A stretch of DNA of 64,000 nucleotides from Nitrospirota bacterium (GTDB lineage: Bacteria; Nitrospirota; UBA9217). The translations under genes and the position numbers were made by a program. Positions 11,685-28,523 of the stretch are shown piece by piece; the stretch's first letter is position 1; the number at the start of each line of letters is the position of its first letter. The notes below the pieces were generated by a model. The model worked only from the letters and a program-made list of their open reading frames with translations. It was not told the DNA's origin and searched no databases. Where the stretch lies: positions 160,001 to 224,000 of the forward strand of contig CAWFSF010000001.1 in the NCBI GenBank assembly GCA_963818475.1. The letters are read 5' to 3'.

Positions 11685-12512
11685 CTATCTGCTCTTCGTT
11701 CTTCTCTTCAGAATGAACTGATTCGTTGTCTTGTTCTTTCTCGTTTTCACGCCGTCCGGGAGACCCCAGGGTGAACATCCCGGTCTGCCGCCTGAGGATT
11801 TTCCCTCACCGCCGCCAAGAGGATGATCAACCGGATTCATGACCACTCCGCGCACTCTCGGACGCATCCCCATCCAGCGCGAACGGCCCGCCTTGCCGAT
11901 GCTTATATTCTCATGGTCGAGATTTCCAACCTGGCCAATGGTTGCCATGCATTCTGACCGTACGGTACGGATCTCACCGGAATTAAGCCGCAACGTTGCA
12001 AGTTCGCCTTCCCGTGCCAGCAGCTGCACAGAAGCTCCTGCACTCCTTGCTAACTGGCCACCGGCGCCCTTTTTGAGCTCCACATTATGGACCACGGTAC
12101 CTACGGGAATCGAGGTGATGGGAAGCGCATTACCCGGCTTGATATCAGCATCAGGTCCTGAAACTACCCGATCTCCAACATTCAGCCCAACGGGTGCGAG
12201 AATATACCGTTTTTCACCATCAGCATAGTGCAAGAGAGCGATACGCGCAGTACGATTCGGATCGTACTCGATATGCGCCACGGTTGCCGGCACGCCTGTC
12301 TTTTCGCGCCTGAAGTCGACGATCCTGTATTTCTTCTTGTGCCAGCCAGCCCGGTATCGGACCGTGATCTTGCCGCGGTTATTCCTGCCGCCGCTCTGGC
12401 TGAGCTTTACGACCAGCGATTTTTCCGGTCTGCTCCGTGTTACTTCCTCGAATGTCGAGGAAGTCTGGAATCTTCTGCCCGGGGATGTTGGATTATATGT
12501 CTTTACCGGCAT
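11685..12512 (-). CDS. rplB: 50S ribosomal protein L2
   Basis: [31 protein letters not shown]. Confidence 0.98.
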   Translation of the reverse strand: MPVKTYNPTSPGRRFQTSSTFEEVTRSRPEKSLVVKLSQSGGRNNRGKITVRYRAGWHKKKYRIVDFRREKTGVPATVAHIEYDPNRTARIALLHYADGEKRYILAPVGLNVGDRVVSGPDADIKPGNALPITSIPVGTVVHNVELKKGAGGQLARSAGASVQLLAREGELATLRLNSGEIRTVRSECMATIGQVGNLDHENISIGKAGRSRWMGMRPRVRGVVMNPVDHPLGGGEGKSSGGRPGCSPWGLPDGVKTRKNKTTNQFILKRRTKSR

Positions 12513-12806
12513 TTACGCACCCTCAAATATATCGATCTTTTCACCTGGTTTCAGCGTTACGTACGCTTTCTTCCAGTCTGATCTGCGGCCGAGCCGCTGC
12601 CCCATACGCTTCTTCTTGCCCGCAGTTTTTACTGTGGTTACATCGGAAACTTTTACCTTGAAGATCCCCTCGATCGCCTTTCGTACCTGCAGCTTGTTGG
12701 CATCGGTCCGTACTTCGAAGGTCAGAACATTATTCTTTTCCTTCAGGCGTGTACCCTTTTCGGTGATGCGGGGCGCCCGAATTATATCATAGAGATCCAT
12801 GGTCAT
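12513..12806 (-). CDS. rplW: 50S ribosomal protein L23
   Basis: PRITEKG, WKKAYVTL. Confidence 0.97.
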   Translation of the reverse strand: MTMDLYDIIRAPRITEKGTRLKEKNNVLTFEVRTDANKLQVRKAIEGIFKVKVSDVTTVKTAGKKKRMGQRLGRRSDWKKAYVTLKPGEKIDIFEGA

Positions 12807-13426
12807 TTTCCGTAAACCTCCTGAATGGCGCTCAAGGCATCCTGCGTCATAATGAGGTACCTGTACTTCAGCAGATCATAAACGTTAATGTTTTCCATCC
12901 TGAGCACTTTGACCGATGGTATGTTACGCGAAGCCAGCGTCAGATTCTTATTCTCCGTCTTAATGAGAACGAGCGCGTTTTCCTTAACCCCGAGAGTATC
13001 AAGCATTGAAGTAACCAACTTGGTTTTAGGCTCTGCAAAATCAAGAGAACTGACCAGAACCAGTCGATTATCAATAACCTTTGATGCTATTGCATCAACA
13101 AGCGCCGCTCGTTTTTCTTTTTTCGGCAACGCATAAGAGTAATCGCGAGGCATTGGACCAAAACAGGTACCGCCATGCCTCCACAAGGGTGACCGGTTGC
13201 TTCCTGAGCGGGCACGCCCAGTTCCCTTCTGCTTCCAGGGTTTTTTTCCACCACCGCTCACCATCGCCTTGTTCTTCGTCGATGCTGTACCTGCCCGCCT
13301 GTTTGCGAGCTGGTTCACGACCGATGCATGGATAAGGTGTGGCCGGATCTCGGACCCGAACAGGGACGGAAGTTCCACATCCTTTACTTTCTTATTATTC
13401 TGGTCAACCATGACGACTGACGGCAT
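12803..13426 (-). CDS. rplD: 50S ribosomal protein L4
   Basis: GGGKKPWKQKGTGRARSGS.RSPLWRHGG. Confidence 0.98.
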   Translation of the reverse strand: MPSVVMVDQNNKKVKDVELPSLFGSEIRPHLIHASVVNQLANRRAGTASTKNKAMVSGGGKKPWKQKGTGRARSGSNRSPLWRHGGTCFGPMPRDYSYALPKKEKRAALVDAIASKVIDNRLVLVSSLDFAEPKTKLVTSMLDTLGVKENALVLIKTENKNLTLASRNIPSVKVLRMENINVYDLLKYRYLIMTQDALSAIQEVYGK

Positions 13427-13449
13427 TTCAGTAACCCTCTATTTCTTGA

Positions 13450-14064
13450 TTAATCAGGCTTGTAGATAAGAAGCAGGCCGTTGATGCCGCCCGGCACTGC
13501 ACCACGTACGAACAACAGGTTTTGGTCCGGCCGAACATCGACGATTTCCAGGTTTTTAATCGTCTTCTTTGCTACGCCCATATGACCCGGGAGTTTCTTG
13601 CCAGGCCAGACGCGAGACGGATAGGAACTCGCACCGATCGAACCAGGAGCGCGGTTGAACATGGATCCATGTCCACCGGGACCGCCGGCAAAATTATGCC
13701 GTTTCATGACACCGGCAAAACCTTTTCCCTTAGTCGTTCCGCTCACGGTGATCATATCGCCTTTTTTGAACATATCGATAGTCACGACCTGACCAGCCTC
13801 AAACTCTCCGGTCCGGAACTCCCTGAGCACACGGTGAGGCGGCGTTTCAGTCTTCTTAAAGTGCCCGGCCATTGCCTTGGTAATGCGGTTCTTCTTTTTT
13901 TCCTCTTCGAAGGACAGCTGGACGGCTTCATAACCATCCGTCTCGGCGGTTTTTTTCTGAACCACCTTGCACGGACCGGCCTGGATCACCGTTACCGGGA
14001 TCAGCTCTCCACCGTTAAAGTGCTGGCTCATGCCAATTTTTTTTCCGATAATACCCTTACTCAT
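13450..14064 (-). CDS. rplC: 50S ribosomal protein L3
   Basis: Start re-placed at MSKGIIGKKIGM; TKGKGFAGVMKRHNF. Confidence 0.97.
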   Translation of the reverse strand: MSKGIIGKKIGMSQHFNGGELIPVTVIQAGPCKVVQKKTAETDGYEAVQLSFEEEKKKNRITKAMAGHFKKTETPPHRVLREFRTGEFEAGQVVTIDMFKKGDMITVSGTTKGKGFAGVMKRHNFAGGPGGHGSMFNRAPGSIGASSYPSRVWPGKKLPGHMGVAKKTIKNLEIVDVRPDQNLLFVRGAVPGGINGLLLIYKPD

Positions 14065-14131
14065 ATCGTATCCCTTCACCCGCACGCTGACGGCAACCCT
14101 TTGGAGATGCGCCTACGGCTGATTTTACCAG

Positions 14132-14437
14132 TTAGAGCTTGATCTCAACGTCTACGCCTGCCGCCAGATCAAGTTTCATCAGAGCATCGACCGTCTGGGG
14201 CGTCGGATCCAGGATGTCAAGCAAACGCTTGTGCGTCCTGATCTCAAACTGCTCGCGTGATTTCTTATCCACGTGCGGGGACCGGAGAACGGTCCAGCGA
14301 TTGATACTGGTCGGTAGTGGAATAGGTCCTGATACCTTTGCGCCGGTCCTCTTGGCCGTATCAATAATCTCTACTGCCGACTGGTCCAGCAGACGGTGGT
14401 CATATCCTTTTAATCGTATCCTGATCTTCTGCGTCAC
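14132..14437 (-). CDS. rpsJ: 30S ribosomal protein S10
   Basis: [30 protein letters not shown]. Confidence 0.98.
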   Translation of the reverse strand: MTQKIRIRLKGYDHRLLDQSAVEIIDTAKRTGAKVSGPIPLPTSINRWTVLRSPHVDKKSREQFEIRTHKRLLDILDPTPQTVDALMKLDLAAGVDVEIKL

Positions 14438-14451
14438 GGCGTATCCTTCCC

Positions 14452-15652
14452 TTACTCGATAACTTCGGTAATAACTCCGGCACCCACGGTCCTGCCGCCT
14501 TCGCGGATGGCGAACCGGAGACCCTTATCCATGGCGATCGGTCCGATGAGCTCCACACTGCAGGTCATGTTGTCGCCCGGCATCACCATCTCCACGCCTT
14601 CTGCAAGCGTCACCACTCCGGTCACGTCCGTGGTCCGGAAGTAGAACTGCGGACGGTAGCCCTTGAAGAACGGAGTGTGCCGGCCGCCTTCTTCTTTGGT
14701 GAGAATGTAGGCCTCGGCCTTGAACTTGGTGTGGGGGGTGATGCTCCCGGGCTTGGCAAGCACCATGCCGCGCTCAACATCTTCCTTCTTGATGCCGCGG
14801 AGGAGGACTCCGACGTTGTCGCCGGCTTCGCCCTGGTCCAGAAGCTTCCGGAACATCTCGACACCCGTTACCACCGTCTTCTGCGTGGGCTTGATTCCCA
14901 CGATCTCGATGTCTTCACCCACCTTCACGATTCCGCGCTCGATCCTGCCCGTAACCACGGTGCCGCGACCGGCGATGGAGAACACGTCTTCCACCGGCAT
15001 AAGATAGGGTTTGTCGATCTCCCGCTTGGGCTGGGGGATGTAGCTGTCAACGGCATCCATGAGCTCAAGAATGCTCTTGTACTCCGGCGCGTTGACGTCC
15101 TTGCTCTCGCTCTGGAGCGCTTTCAGGGCGCTGCCTTTTACGATCGGGGTCTTGTCACCCGGGAACTGGTACTTGGACAGGAGCTCCCGGATCTCGAGTT
15201 CCACGAGCTCGATGAGCTCGGGGTCGTCGACCATGTCCACCTTGTTCATGTACACGACGATGTAGGGAACGCCGACCTGACGGGCGAGCAGGATATGCTC
15301 ACGGGTCTGGGGCATGGGGCCGTCTGCGGCGGAAACCACGAGAATGGCGCCGTCCATCTGGGCCGCACCCGTGATCATGTTCTTTACATAGTCGGCATGG
15401 CCCGGGCAGTCCACATGGGCGTAGTGACGGTTGTCCGTCTGGTATTCCACGTGCGCTGTGGCGATCGTGATACCGCGCTCACGTTCTTCCGGGGCCTTGT
15501 CGATGTTGTCGTAGGAAACAAAGCGTCGCGAAGTTCTTGAAGGACAGCACCTTCGTGATGGCCGCTGTCAAGGTCGTCTTGCCGTGGTCAACATGGCCGA
15601 TGGTGCCCACGTTCACATGAGGTTTTGTCCTCTCAAATTTTGCCTTTGCCAT
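14452..15652 (-). CDS. tuf: Elongation factor Tu, str-operon copy (one +1 frameshift, probably a sequencing error)
   Basis: Near-identical to 30914-32113 but 1201 nt; extra G at 15525 relative to the other copy. Confidence 0.95.
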
Positions 15653-15701
15653 GCTATCTGCCTCCTGTTGAAAAGTGAAAATCCAATAGAATTATGAAAT
15701 C

Positions 15702-17797
15702 TTACCGAGCCTTGACTCCCTCGCCTTTTACCTTTGCGATGATCTGCTCTGAAATGTTTTTCGGTACTTCCTCGTAATGCGCAAACTGCATGGTATAGGT
15801 TGCCCTGCCCTGCGTCTTGGACCGGATGTCCGTAGCATAACCGAACATTTCCGAAAGCGGCACCTGTGCCGATATAACCCGGCCTGCACCGCGTACATTC
15901 ATGCCCTGAACACGACCGCGACGGGAACTGAGATCGCCGATAATATCGCCCATATATTCTTCTGCGCACACAACCTCTACTGCCATGACCGGCTCAAGCA
16001 AAGCGGGGGTCGCTTTAGCTGCACCTTCCTTGAACCCCATGGAACCGGCGATCTTAAATGCCATTTCCGAGGAGTCAACGTCATGATAGGATCCATCAAT
16101 GAGTGTTATTTTGATATCGACTACCGGATACCCGGCGAGCACGCCGTTCTGCATCGCCTCTTCGATACCCTTCTGTGTCGGCGCTACGTATTCCTTGGGG
16201 ACCGAACCGCCGACGGTCTTGTTCACAAATTCAAAGCCCTTGCCCGGTTCCTGGGGCTCCAGTTCAAGAACAACATGTCCATACTGACCGCGTCCGCCTG
16301 ACTGGCGCACGAACTTGCCTTCAGCAGTGACCTTCTTCTTGATCGTCTCGCGGTAAGCGACCTGGGGCTTGCCCACATTCGCATCAACCTTGAATTCACG
16401 TAAAAGACGGTCAACAATGATCTCAAGGTGAAGTTCACCCATGCCCGAGATGATCGATCTGCCCGGTCTCGGTGTCCGTGTGTACACGGAACGAGGGATC
16501 TTCCTGCATAAGCTTCTGGAGCGAGAAACCAAGCTTTTCCTGGTCTGCCTTGGTCTTTGGCTCGATGGCCACGGAAATGACCGGCTCCGGGAAAATCATG
16601 GCTTCCAAAATGACCGGCTTATTCTCATCACAGAGCGTGTGTCCGGTGAGCGTGCTCTTGAGCCCCACTGCCGCACAGATATCGCCTGCATATATCTGCT
16701 CGATCTCTTCACGCTTGTTGGCGTGCATTTTGAGCAACCTGCCGACACGCTCTCTGGTTCCCTTGGTCGAGTTGTACACATACGACCCGGAGGTGAGCGT
16801 ACCGGAATAGACCCTGACGAACGTGAGCTGACCTACGAACGGATCGGTCATGATCTTGAATGCGATGCCCGAAAAAGGCTCATCTATCTGATGCCGTGCG
16901 AACTACTTCTTCACCCTTGGGGCCAATGCCTGTGACCGAGGGGATGTCCAGCGGAGACGGAAGATAGTCCACCACCGCATCAAGGAGAAGCTGTACGCCC
17001 TTATTCTTGAACGCCGAGCCGCAGATAACCGGGAAAATACTCATTGCAATCGTTCCCTTGCGGATCGCCCTCATGATCTCTGCTTCCGTCGGCGTCTCGC
17101 CGTTCAGGAACTTTTCCATCACCACTTCATCCGCGTCAGCGATCTTCTCGATCATTTTTTCGCGGTATTCCTGCGCCTTAGGGAGGAGGTCTGCCGGGAT
17201 ATCATCGACAACGAATTTTGCACCAAGCGTTTCATCGTCGAAGAGGACCGCCTTCATTTTCACAAGGTCAATGCAGCCGCGAAACTTATCTTCCGCACCG
17301 ACAGGGATCTGGATCGGCACTGCGTTCGCGCCAAGCCGGTCAACCATGGACTGAACGCTCATGTAGAAATCAGCGCCAATCCGGTCCATCTTATTCATGA
17401 ACGCTATGCGCGGGACCTTATACTTGTCCGCCTGACGCCATACGGTCTCCGATTGAGGTTCAACGCCACTCACCGAATCGAAAGCTGCTACGGCACCATC
17501 GAGCACGCGAAGGGAACGCTCCACTTCAATAGTGAAATCCACATGACCGGGAGTGTCAATGATATTAATTCGCTTGTCACGCCAAAAACAGGTGGTTGCG
17601 GCAGAGGTGATGGTGATACCGCGCTCCTGCTCCTGGACCATCCAGTCCATGACCGCTGTCCCATCGTGCACTTCGCCGATCTTATAAGAAACACCGGTAT
17701 AGTAAAGAATTCGCTCCGTCGTCGTCGTTTTTCCGGCGTCGATGTGAGCCATAATACCGATATTGCGTGTATTTTCCAGTGAATACTGCCTAGCCAA
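15702..17797 (-). CDS. fusA: Elongation factor G (two +1 frameshifts near 16885 and 16458, probably sequencing errors)
   Basis: [21 protein letters not shown]; fragments join ([26 protein letters not shown]) on removing one base at each site. Confidence 0.95.
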
Positions 17798-17827
17798 AAC
17801 TTCCTCCGCTTCTCTCTTCTAAAGAAC

Positions 17828-18298
17828 TTACCAGCGATAGTGAGCGAACGCCTTATTGGCATCTGCCATACGGTGAATGTCTTCCTTCTTCTTCACAGCT
17901 GCACCGGTATTGTTCGATGCATCCAGGATCTCGCCTGCCAGTTTATCCACCATGGACTTCTCCGGCCGCTGTGACGCATACAGCCTGAGCCAGCGATACG
18001 CAAGCGACATTCTGCGAGGCTGCTTCACCTCAATAGGCACCTGATATGAAGCACCACCCACCCGGCGAGACTTCACCTCGAGGGTCGGCTTCAAATTCTC
18101 AATTGCCTTCTTAAAAATGGCAATCGGATCACCGTTGGTCTTTTGCTGAATACGGTCGAGCGCCTTATAGCAAATAGCCTCTGCAGTGCTCTTCTTGCCC
18201 TTGCGCATAAGCACATTCACAAACTTAGCAAGCATCTGGCTGTGATACTTTGGATCAGGCAGTGATTCTCTTTTTACAACAACGCTTTTTCTCGGCAT
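17828..18298 (-). CDS. rpsG: 30S ribosomal protein S7
   Basis: [30 protein letters not shown]. Confidence 0.98.
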   Translation of the reverse strand: MPRKSVVVKRESLPDPKYHSQMLAKFVNVLMRKGKKSTAEAICYKALDRIQQKTNGDPIAIFKKAIENLKPTLEVKSRRVGGASYQVPIEVKQPRRMSLAYRWLRLYASQRPEKSMVDKLAGEILDASNNTGAAVKKKEDIHRMADANKAFAHYRW

Positions 18299-18362
18299 AG
18301 TATGATGTTCCTTTTTTTACGCATTTGGCGCCATCGGCGCACCTGCTGAACTGCCAAACCTG

Positions 18363-18734
18363 CTACTTAGGCCGCTTTGCTCCGTACTTGGAGCGACCCT
18401 GCTTACGATTTGCCACACCGACCGTATCAAGCGTGCCTCGCACGATATGATAGCGAACGCCCGGCAAATCCTTTACCCTGCCGCCACGGATAAGCACGAT
18501 CGAGTGCTCCTGGAGGTTGTGACCGACGCCAGGAATATAGGTGGTCACTTCCATGCCGTTCGTGAGCCTAACCCTCGCTACTTTGCGGAGAGCGGAGTTC
18601 GGCTTCTTCGGTGTCGTGGTGTAAACCCTGATGCAGACCCCTCGTTTCTGGGGGCTGCCCTTCAGAGCCGGGCTCTTGGTCTTGGTAGCCGCTAATGACC
18701 GACCTTGCCGTACAAGCTGATTAATGGTAGGCAC
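18363..18734 (-). CDS. rpsL: 30S ribosomal protein S12
   Basis: [32 protein letters not shown]. Confidence 0.99.
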   Translation of the reverse strand: MPTINQLVRQGRSLAATKTKSPALKGSPQKRGVCIRVYTTTPKKPNSALRKVARVRLTNGMEVTTYIPGVGHNLQEHSIVLIRGGRVKDLPGVRYHIVRGTLDTVGVANRKQGRSKYGAKRPK

Positions 18735-18798
18735 GTGTATAACTCCTTAAAAACATGGACATAACAACTTTAGGAATAAGTTGAGTCAAAACCTGATG

Positions 18799-18827
18799 AT
18801 TATATATATCTAACCACCGAATGTCAA
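18799..18827 (-). promoter_or_regulatory. Sigma70 promoter of str operon
   Basis: Perfect TTGACA-N17-TATAAT on minus strand upstream of rpsL. Confidence 0.85.
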
Positions 18828-18857
18828 GATTTTTTTTACCAATTGTAAAAAATATAC

Positions 18858-18913
18858 AACTGAACTCCCCGGCGGTCAACTAATCCTCTTAAAAAATGCC
18901 GAGGAGGTCAGTT
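18858..18913 (-). terminator. Imperfect hairpin downstream of rpoC (possible terminator)
   Basis: AACTGAACTCCCCGGC...GCCGAGGAGGTCAGTT inverted repeat followed by a T-rich tract on minus strand. Confidence 0.45.
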
Positions 18914-18952
18914 ATATGTAACTAAAAAGCGGCAACCACTGCTTTTGCGCTA

Positions 18953-21900
18953 CTAAAGGCTCTCTATTGCCTCTGATTCCTCTTCTATCGGCTCCATGAA
19001 CGTGTTCCGGTATTCTGCCAAGCCGGTACCTGCCGGTATGAGCCGGCCCATGATCACGTTCTCTTTCAACCCGACGAGATCGTCGACAGCCCCGGTAATT
19101 GCAGCCTCTGTGAGCACCCGAGTCGTTTCCTGGAACGACGCTGCAGATATAAAGCTATCCGTAGTAAGAGACGCCTTCGTGATGCCAAGAAGGATCGGCC
19201 GCGCTGTTGCAGGCACGCCCCCTTTCGCGATCACTGCCTCATTTTCTCTGGCAAAATTGAATCGATCCACCTGTTCGCCGATGAGGAATGGGGCATCTCC
19301 CGCTTCCTCGATCCTGACCTTGCGCAGCATCTGACGAACAATGACCTCGATGTGCTTATCGTTGATGCTCACGCCCTGGAGACGATAGACCTGCTGCACT
19401 TCGTCCACAAGATATTTCTGAAGCTCACGCGGTCCCAGCACGCTCAGAATATCGTGAGGATCGACCGGGCCGTCCATAAGGGGTTCGCCGGCGGCCACCC
19501 AGTCTCCTTCGTGCACGTTCACATGCTTGCCCTTGGGGATCAGGTATTCCTTTTCGTTCCCCTCGCCGTCTTTCACAAGAATTCTGCGCATGCCCTTCAC
19601 AAAACCGCCGAATTCCACCGTTCCGTCGATCTCGCTGATGATCGCCTGTTCCTTCGGTTTTCTTGCCTCGAAGAGCTCGGCAACCCTCGGAAGACCGCCT
19701 GTAATGTCCTTGGTCTTGGTGGTCTCGCGGGGAATTTTAACAAGGATGTCGCCCGGGAAGACCTCGCCGTTCTTGTCGACCAGGATGTGTGCTCCTGCCG
19801 GCAGCAGATAGCGCGCTACGACGTTGGAGCCGGGCAGCCGGGCGGTTTTGCCGTGTTGGTCCTTGATCGAGATACGTGGCCTCAGGTTCTGGTTCGGATA
19901 GTCAATGATCACTTTGCGCGACAAGCCGGTAACTTCATCCACTTCCTCGCGCATGGTGACGCCTTCGATAATGTCGCCGTAGGCGATTTTGCCGCCGATC
20001 TCCGTGAGGATGGGGAGAGAATAAGGGTCCCATTCGACCAGTTTCTGGCCGACCTCCACCTTGTGGCCATCCTGTACCTTTAGCCGCGCACCATAGATGA
20101 TCGCATACTTCTCGCGCTCTCGCCCCGTCGCATCGTGGATGGCAATGCTGCTGTTGCGGGACATGACCACGTAATCGCCTTCTTTGTTCTTCACCCAGTT
20201 AACATTGTTGTACTTCAAAACTCCGGCGTTCTTCGCCTCCAGTACCGTCTGCTCCACGACCTTGCTCGCCGTACCGCCGATATGGAATGTCCGCATGGTA
20301 AGCTGCGTTCCCGGTTCGCCGATGGACTGAGCAGCGACGATACCGATTGCTTCGCCGATGTCCACCAGTTTACCACGGCCAAGATCACGGCCGTAGCACA
20401 TCCGGCATACGCCGCGCAAAGACTGGCAAGTAAGCACCGACCGGATCTTGAGCTTATCGATGCCGGATTCCTCGATCCGTTTCACCAACTCCTCGTTGAT
20501 CTCACGGCGAGTCCCGATGATAACTTCCTTGGTTTCCGGATCAATAATATCCTCGGCGGCAACGCGCCCGAGAATACGCTCTGACAAGGGCTCGATGATC
20601 TCGCCGCCCTCAACGAGCGACCCCACAATAATGCCGTCAGTCGTGCCGCAGTCATCCTGGGTAATGATAACGTCCTGAGACACGTCCACAAGCCTTCTCG
20701 TGAGGTAACCCGAGTTGGCCGTTTTGAGTGCCGTATCGGCAAGACCTTTCCGGGCGCCGTGGGTCGAGATAAAGTACTGAAGCACCGTAAGGCCTTCGCG
20801 GAAATTCGCCGTGATCGGCGTTTCAATGATCTCGCCTGACGGCTTGGCCATGAGTCCGCGCATACCCGCAAGCTGCCTTATCTGCTGCGTGCTGCCGCGC
20901 GCTCCCGAATCGGCCATCATGAAGATATTGTTGAATGACCGTGCTTCCTGGAGCTCGGACTTCTTTGCCACGCCGATCTCGACCGCTTCCATGCCGAGCT
21001 CTGCCATCATTTCATCAGCGATCTTTTCCGTCACGTTCGCCCAGATATCGATTTCCTTGTTATAGCGCTCGCCGTTGGTGATGAGACCTTCGGTATACTG
21101 ATGGTGAATTTCCATGACTTCTTTTTGCGCCTGGTCGATGAACTTCTGCTTTTTGCTCGGGATATGCATGTCCGAAATGCAGATCGAGATGCCTGCGCGC
21201 ATGGCGTAGGTAAAGCCAATCTCTTTCAGCTCGTCGATGAGAACAACGGTGCGCCGAAGACCTAATCTCCGGTAGCACTCGTCGATCAACTTTGCGAGCT
21301 CCTTCTTGGTCATTTCCTTGTTCACGGAAGAGAACGGCATGCCTTCAGGCAATACCTCGCCGAACAACACTCTGCCGACTGTCGTTTCCTCGAGTTTGCC
21401 GTTGATGCGGCACCGGACCCGTGCGTGAATATGGACCATACCCTGGTCATAGGCGACTCGCACTTCGTGCCGGCCGGAGAACACCATGCCTTCGCCAGCT
21501 GCTTTTGAACGGGACTTGGTCAGATAGTAACAGCCAAGAACGATATCCTGTGACGGGACCGTGATCGGCCTGCCATTCGCGGGCGAGAGCACGTTATTGA
21601 CAGAGAGCATAAGCACCCGCGCTTCGAGCTGAGCCTCGACCGAGAGCGGGATATGAACTGCCATCTGGTCGCCGTCGAAGTCGGCGTTAAATGCCGCGCA
21701 TACCAGCGGGTGGAGCCGGATGGCCTTCCCCTCGACCAGGACCGGGTCGAATGCCTGAATCCCGAGGCGATGCAGTGTGGGAGCGCGGTTCAGCAGCACC
21801 GGATGCTCCTGGATAACCTCTTCGAGTACGTCCCACACCTCGGGACGCTCGCGCTCGATCATCTTCTTCGCGCTCTTGATGGTCGTGGCATACCCCTTTT

Positions 21901-23092
21901 CCTCAAGCTTGTTGAAGATAAAGGGCTTGAACAATTCCAGCGCCATTTTTTTCGGAAGACCGCACTGATGGAGCTTGAGGTCCGGACCGACGACGATCAC
22001 GGAGCGCCCTGAATAATCCACGCGTTTTCCAAGCAGGTTCTGACGGAACCGGCCCTGTTTGCCTTTGAGCATGTCTGACAGCGACTTCAGGGGGCGCTTG
22101 TTCGGCCCGCGCAGCACGCGGCCGCGCCGTCCGTTATCGAACAGTGCATCAACCGCTTCCTGGAGCATCCGCTTCTCATTCCTGATGATGACGGATGGAG
22201 CCTTCAGCTCCTCAAGTCGGCGCAGGCGGTTGTTCCGGTTGATGACCCGGCGGTAGAGATCATTGAGGTCCGACGTTGCAAACCGACCGCCTTCGAGCGG
22301 CACGAGCGGCCGCAGCTCCGGCGGGATCACCGGAACCACGTCAAGGATCATCCACTCGGGCTTGTTGCCGGACTTGCGAAATGCTTCGATCACCTTGAGC
22401 CGCTTCGTCAGTTTTTTCTTTGTGGCCAGGGACGTTGCGGTATCGATCTTTTTACGGATCTCCTCGGACTCTGTTTCGAGATCAACGCTGCGCAGCATCT
22501 CCCGGATGGCTTCGGCGCCCATACCTGCTTTAAAACCGCTTGATCCATACTCAAGCTGGGCCTTGCGGAACCGTTCCTCGGTCAGAAGCTCCTTATGCTT
22601 GAGCGGCGTGTCGCCGGGATCAACGACCACGTACCCTTCAAAATAGAGGACCTTTTCGAGCTGGCGGAGCGTCATGTCAAGAAGCGTACCGATACGGCTC
22701 GGCAGGCCCTTGAGAAACCAGATATGAGCGACCGGCGACGAGAGCTCGATATGTCCCATGCGTTCGCGCCGCACCTTTGACTGGATCACCTCGACCCCGC
22801 ACTTATCACAGACGATGCCTCGGTGCTTCATGCGTTTATACTTGCCGCAAAGGCATTCCCAGTCCTTGATCGGGCCGAAGATCTTGGCGCAGAACAGGCC
22901 GTCCCGCTCAGGCTTAAAAGACCGGTAATTGATGGTCTCCGGCTTCTTCACTTCGCCATACGACCATTCCTTGATACGCTCGGGCGATGCAACGCGGATC
23001 CGCATCGCATCAAAGCTGATATCCTTTGGTTTCTCGAACAGGTTCATGACGTCTGTTCTGGCTTTATTTTCCGTTATCTGTCTGTCTTCCAC
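18953..23092 (-). CDS. rpoC: RNA polymerase beta' subunit
   Basis: NADFDGDQM active site, KPETINYR; start placed at GTG 23092 after GGGAGG. Confidence 0.98.
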   Translation of the reverse strand: MEDRQITENKARTDVMNLFEKPKDISFDAMRIRVASPERIKEWSYGEVKKPETINYRSFKPERDGLFCAKIFGPIKDWECLCGKYKRMKHRGIVCDKCGVEVIQSKVRRERMGHIELSSPVAHIWFLKGLPSRIGTLLDMTLRQLEKVLYFEGYVVVDPGDTPLKHKELLTEERFRKAQLEYGSSGFKAGMGAEAIREMLRSVDLETESEEIRKKIDTATSLATKKKLTKRLKVIEAFRKSGNKPEWMILDVVPVIPPELRPLVPLEGGRFATSDLNDLYRRVINRNNRLRRLEELKAPSVIIRNEKRMLQEAVDALFDNGRRGRVLRGPNKRPLKSLSDMLKGKQGRFRQNLLGKRVDYSGRSVIVVGPDLKLHQCGLPKKMALELFKPFIFNKLEEKGYATTIKSAKKMIERERPEVWDVLEEVIQEHPVLLNRAPTLHRLGIQAFDPVLVEGKAIRLHPLVCAAFNADFDGDQMAVHIPLSVEAQLEARVLMLSVNNVLSPANGRPITVPSQDIVLGCYYLTKSRSKAAGEGMVFSGRHEVRVAYDQGMVHIHARVRCRINGKLEETTVGRVLFGEVLPEGMPFSSVNKEMTKKELAKLIDECYRRLGLRRTVVLIDELKEIGFTYAMRAGISICISDMHIPSKKQKFIDQAQKEVMEIHHQYTEGLITNGERYNKEIDIWANVTEKIADEMMAELGMEAVEIGVAKKSELQEARSFNNIFMMADSGARGSTQQIRQLAGMRGLMAKPSGEIIETPITANFREGLTVLQYFISTHGARKGLADTALKTANSGYLTRRLVDVSQDVIITQDDCGTTDGIIVGSLVEGGEIIEPLSERILGRVAAEDIIDPETKEVIIGTRREINEELVKRIEESGIDKLKIRSVLTCQSLRGVCRMCYGRDLGRGKLVDIGEAIGIVAAQSIGEPGTQLTMRTFHIGGTASKVVEQTVLEAKNAGVLKYNNVNWVKNKEGDYVVMSRNSSIAIHDATGREREKYAIIYGARLKVQDGHKVEVGQKLVEWDPYSLPILTEIGGKIAYGDIIEGVTMREEVDEVTGLSRKVIIDYPNQNLRPRISIKDQHGKTARLPGSNVVARYLLPAGAHILVDKNGEVFPGDILVKIPRETTKTKDITGGLPRVAELFEARKPKEQAIISEIDGTVEFGGFVKGMRRILVKDGEGNEKEYLIPKGKHVNVHEGDWVAAGEPLMDGPVDPHDILSVLGPRELQKYLVDEVQQVYRLQGVSINDKHIEVIVRQMLRKVRIEEAGDAPFLIGEQVDRFNFARENEAVIAKGGVPATARPILLGITKASLTTDSFISAASFQETTRVLTEAAITGAVDDLVGLKENVIMGRLIPAGTGLAEYRNTFMEPIEEESEAIESL

Positions 23093-23196
23093 AGTGAACC
23101 TCCCAGTAGAGGGCCCGACACCACGCCCTGCTAAACCGTTACCTTGACCGGGCGACTGCCCGGGTTGCATCTGTCAAAAAAACCGTCGCTCGGTTA

Positions 23197-27189
<3,993 letters not shown>

Positions 27190-27300
27190 GTTTACACCCC
27201 TCCGCCGAAACCATACCGGCTCGTATCTCTGCGTCTAGCGAAAAAAATGCCTTAAAGTATTATTTAATATCGTAATTGACCGGCTACTATCCATAAACGC

Positions 27301-27343
27301 AAAAAGTCCTCTGCCCTCCGGATACTCCGGAGGGCAAGGACTT
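27301..27343 (-). terminator. Intrinsic terminator/attenuator between rplL and rpoB
   Basis: AAGTCCTTGCCCTCCGGA-GTA-TCCGGAGGGCAGAGGACTTTTT on minus strand. Confidence 0.75.
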
Positions 27344-27366
27344 GAAAAATGAATATTGATGGTACG

Positions 27367-27738
27367 CTACTTTACCTCGATCGTTGCGCCTGCCTCGGTA
27401 AGTTTTTTCTTCATGGACTCTGCATCTTCCTTGGAGACGCCGGTCTTTACGGGCTTGGGGGCACCCTCCACCAGGTCTTTTGCTTCTTTGAGTCCGAGAC
27501 CGGTGAGCTCGCGGACAACCTTGATCACGTTGATCTTCTGCGCGCCGGCACTGGCAAGGATAACGTCAAATGCGGTCTTTTCTTCTGCTGCGGCTGCCGG
27601 TGCTCCACCTGCGGCGGCTACGGCCACGGGCGCGGCTGCTGAAACTCCCCACTTCTCTTCGAGCATCTTGCTCAGTTCGGCTGCTTCAAGAACGGTCAAT
27701 GCGCTGAGTTCGTCAACGATCTTTGCTAAATCTGCCAT
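27367..27738 (-). CDS. rplL: 50S ribosomal protein L7/L12
   Basis: [27 protein letters not shown]. Confidence 0.98.
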   Translation of the reverse strand: MADLAKIVDELSALTVLEAAELSKMLEEKWGVSAAAPVAVAAAGGAPAAAAEEKTAFDVILASAGAQKINVIKVVRELTGLGLKEAKDLVEGAPKPVKTGVSKEDAESMKKKLTEAGATIEVK

Positions 27739-27809
27739 GGTAACTTCCTCCTGAAAATGATTATAATCTTTTAGAGTACGCGTCCGGTCACGGAGCGCGC
27801 CTTAATTCC

Positions 27810-28322
27810 TTACCCTTTGTCCGCCTTGGCCTTCATGACCCGCGCGATCTGGCCGCCCGGCGCTGCAAGCACACCGGCGATCCTCGTTGCCGGTGCCTGG
27901 AGAAGACCGACGATCTTGCCGCGAAGCACGTTCAGCGAAGGCAATGTCGCCAGCGTCTTGATATCCGACTGCTTGATCAGCTTGCCGTCCATGACGCCGA
28001 CCTTGATCTCGAGCTTCGCCTGCGTTTTCTGAAAGTCGTAGAGCACTTTGGCAGATGCAACCGGATCGTCGTACGACAGCACGATGCCCACGGGACCGAC
28101 AAAGTGGTCTTTGAGCGGCTCGATGCCGGTGCCTTCTGATGCTTTTCGGGCGAGCGTATTCTTCACCACACGGTATTCCACCTGTGCCTTGCGAAGCTTA
28201 GAACGAAGCTCGGTGATCTGTTCCACGTTGATCCCGGAGTAGCCCGTTATCACTGCGGACTTCGCTTTGGTAAATTTGCCGTGCAGTTCGTCAATTGCCT
28301 GTTTCTTTTCTTCTTTATTCAC
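27810..28322 (-). CDS. rplJ: 50S ribosomal protein L10
   Basis: YRVVKNTLA, position between rplA and rplL. Confidence 0.97.
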   Translation of the reverse strand: MNKEEKKQAIDELHGKFTKAKSAVITGYSGINVEQITELRSKLRKAQVEYRVVKNTLARKASEGTGIEPLKDHFVGPVGIVLSYDDPVASAKVLYDFQKTQAKLEIKVGVMDGKLIKQSDIKTLATLPSLNVLRGKIVGLLQAPATRIAGVLAAPGGQIARVMKAKADKG

Positions 28323-28397
28323 CCTGTCCTCCTTTCTTTCAAGAGTTCCCGATGACCAGCCCGGGAACGATGAAAGAAAGTGCTGGTTCTTTCGTTC

Positions 28398-28472
28398 GCC
28401 GGGTCTCGGCAGGCCCCTAGGGGATTAAACGGGGGAGCGAAGCTTCGCGCCCCTGTGCCTGCTGTCTCGGAC
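28398..28472 (-). promoter_or_regulatory. L10 leader (autogenous-control RNA)
   Basis: Minus strand CCGAGACAGCAGG...TTAA...CCTGCCGAGACCCGG upstream of rplJ resembles the L10_leader core. Confidence 0.7.
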
Positions 28473-28523
28473 CGCACCCTGTTCTTTCAGGGCCGACCTT
28501 GTGCGTAAAAACGGATAGTTTGC

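Noticed and set aside
16435-16900. Programmed frameshifting or split EF-G
   Set aside because: No slippery sites; single extra bases match the window-wide insertion error pattern.
23093-23170. N-terminal extension of RpoC
   Set aside because: A GGGAGG SD precedes GTG at 23092; the upstream codons are probably intergenic.
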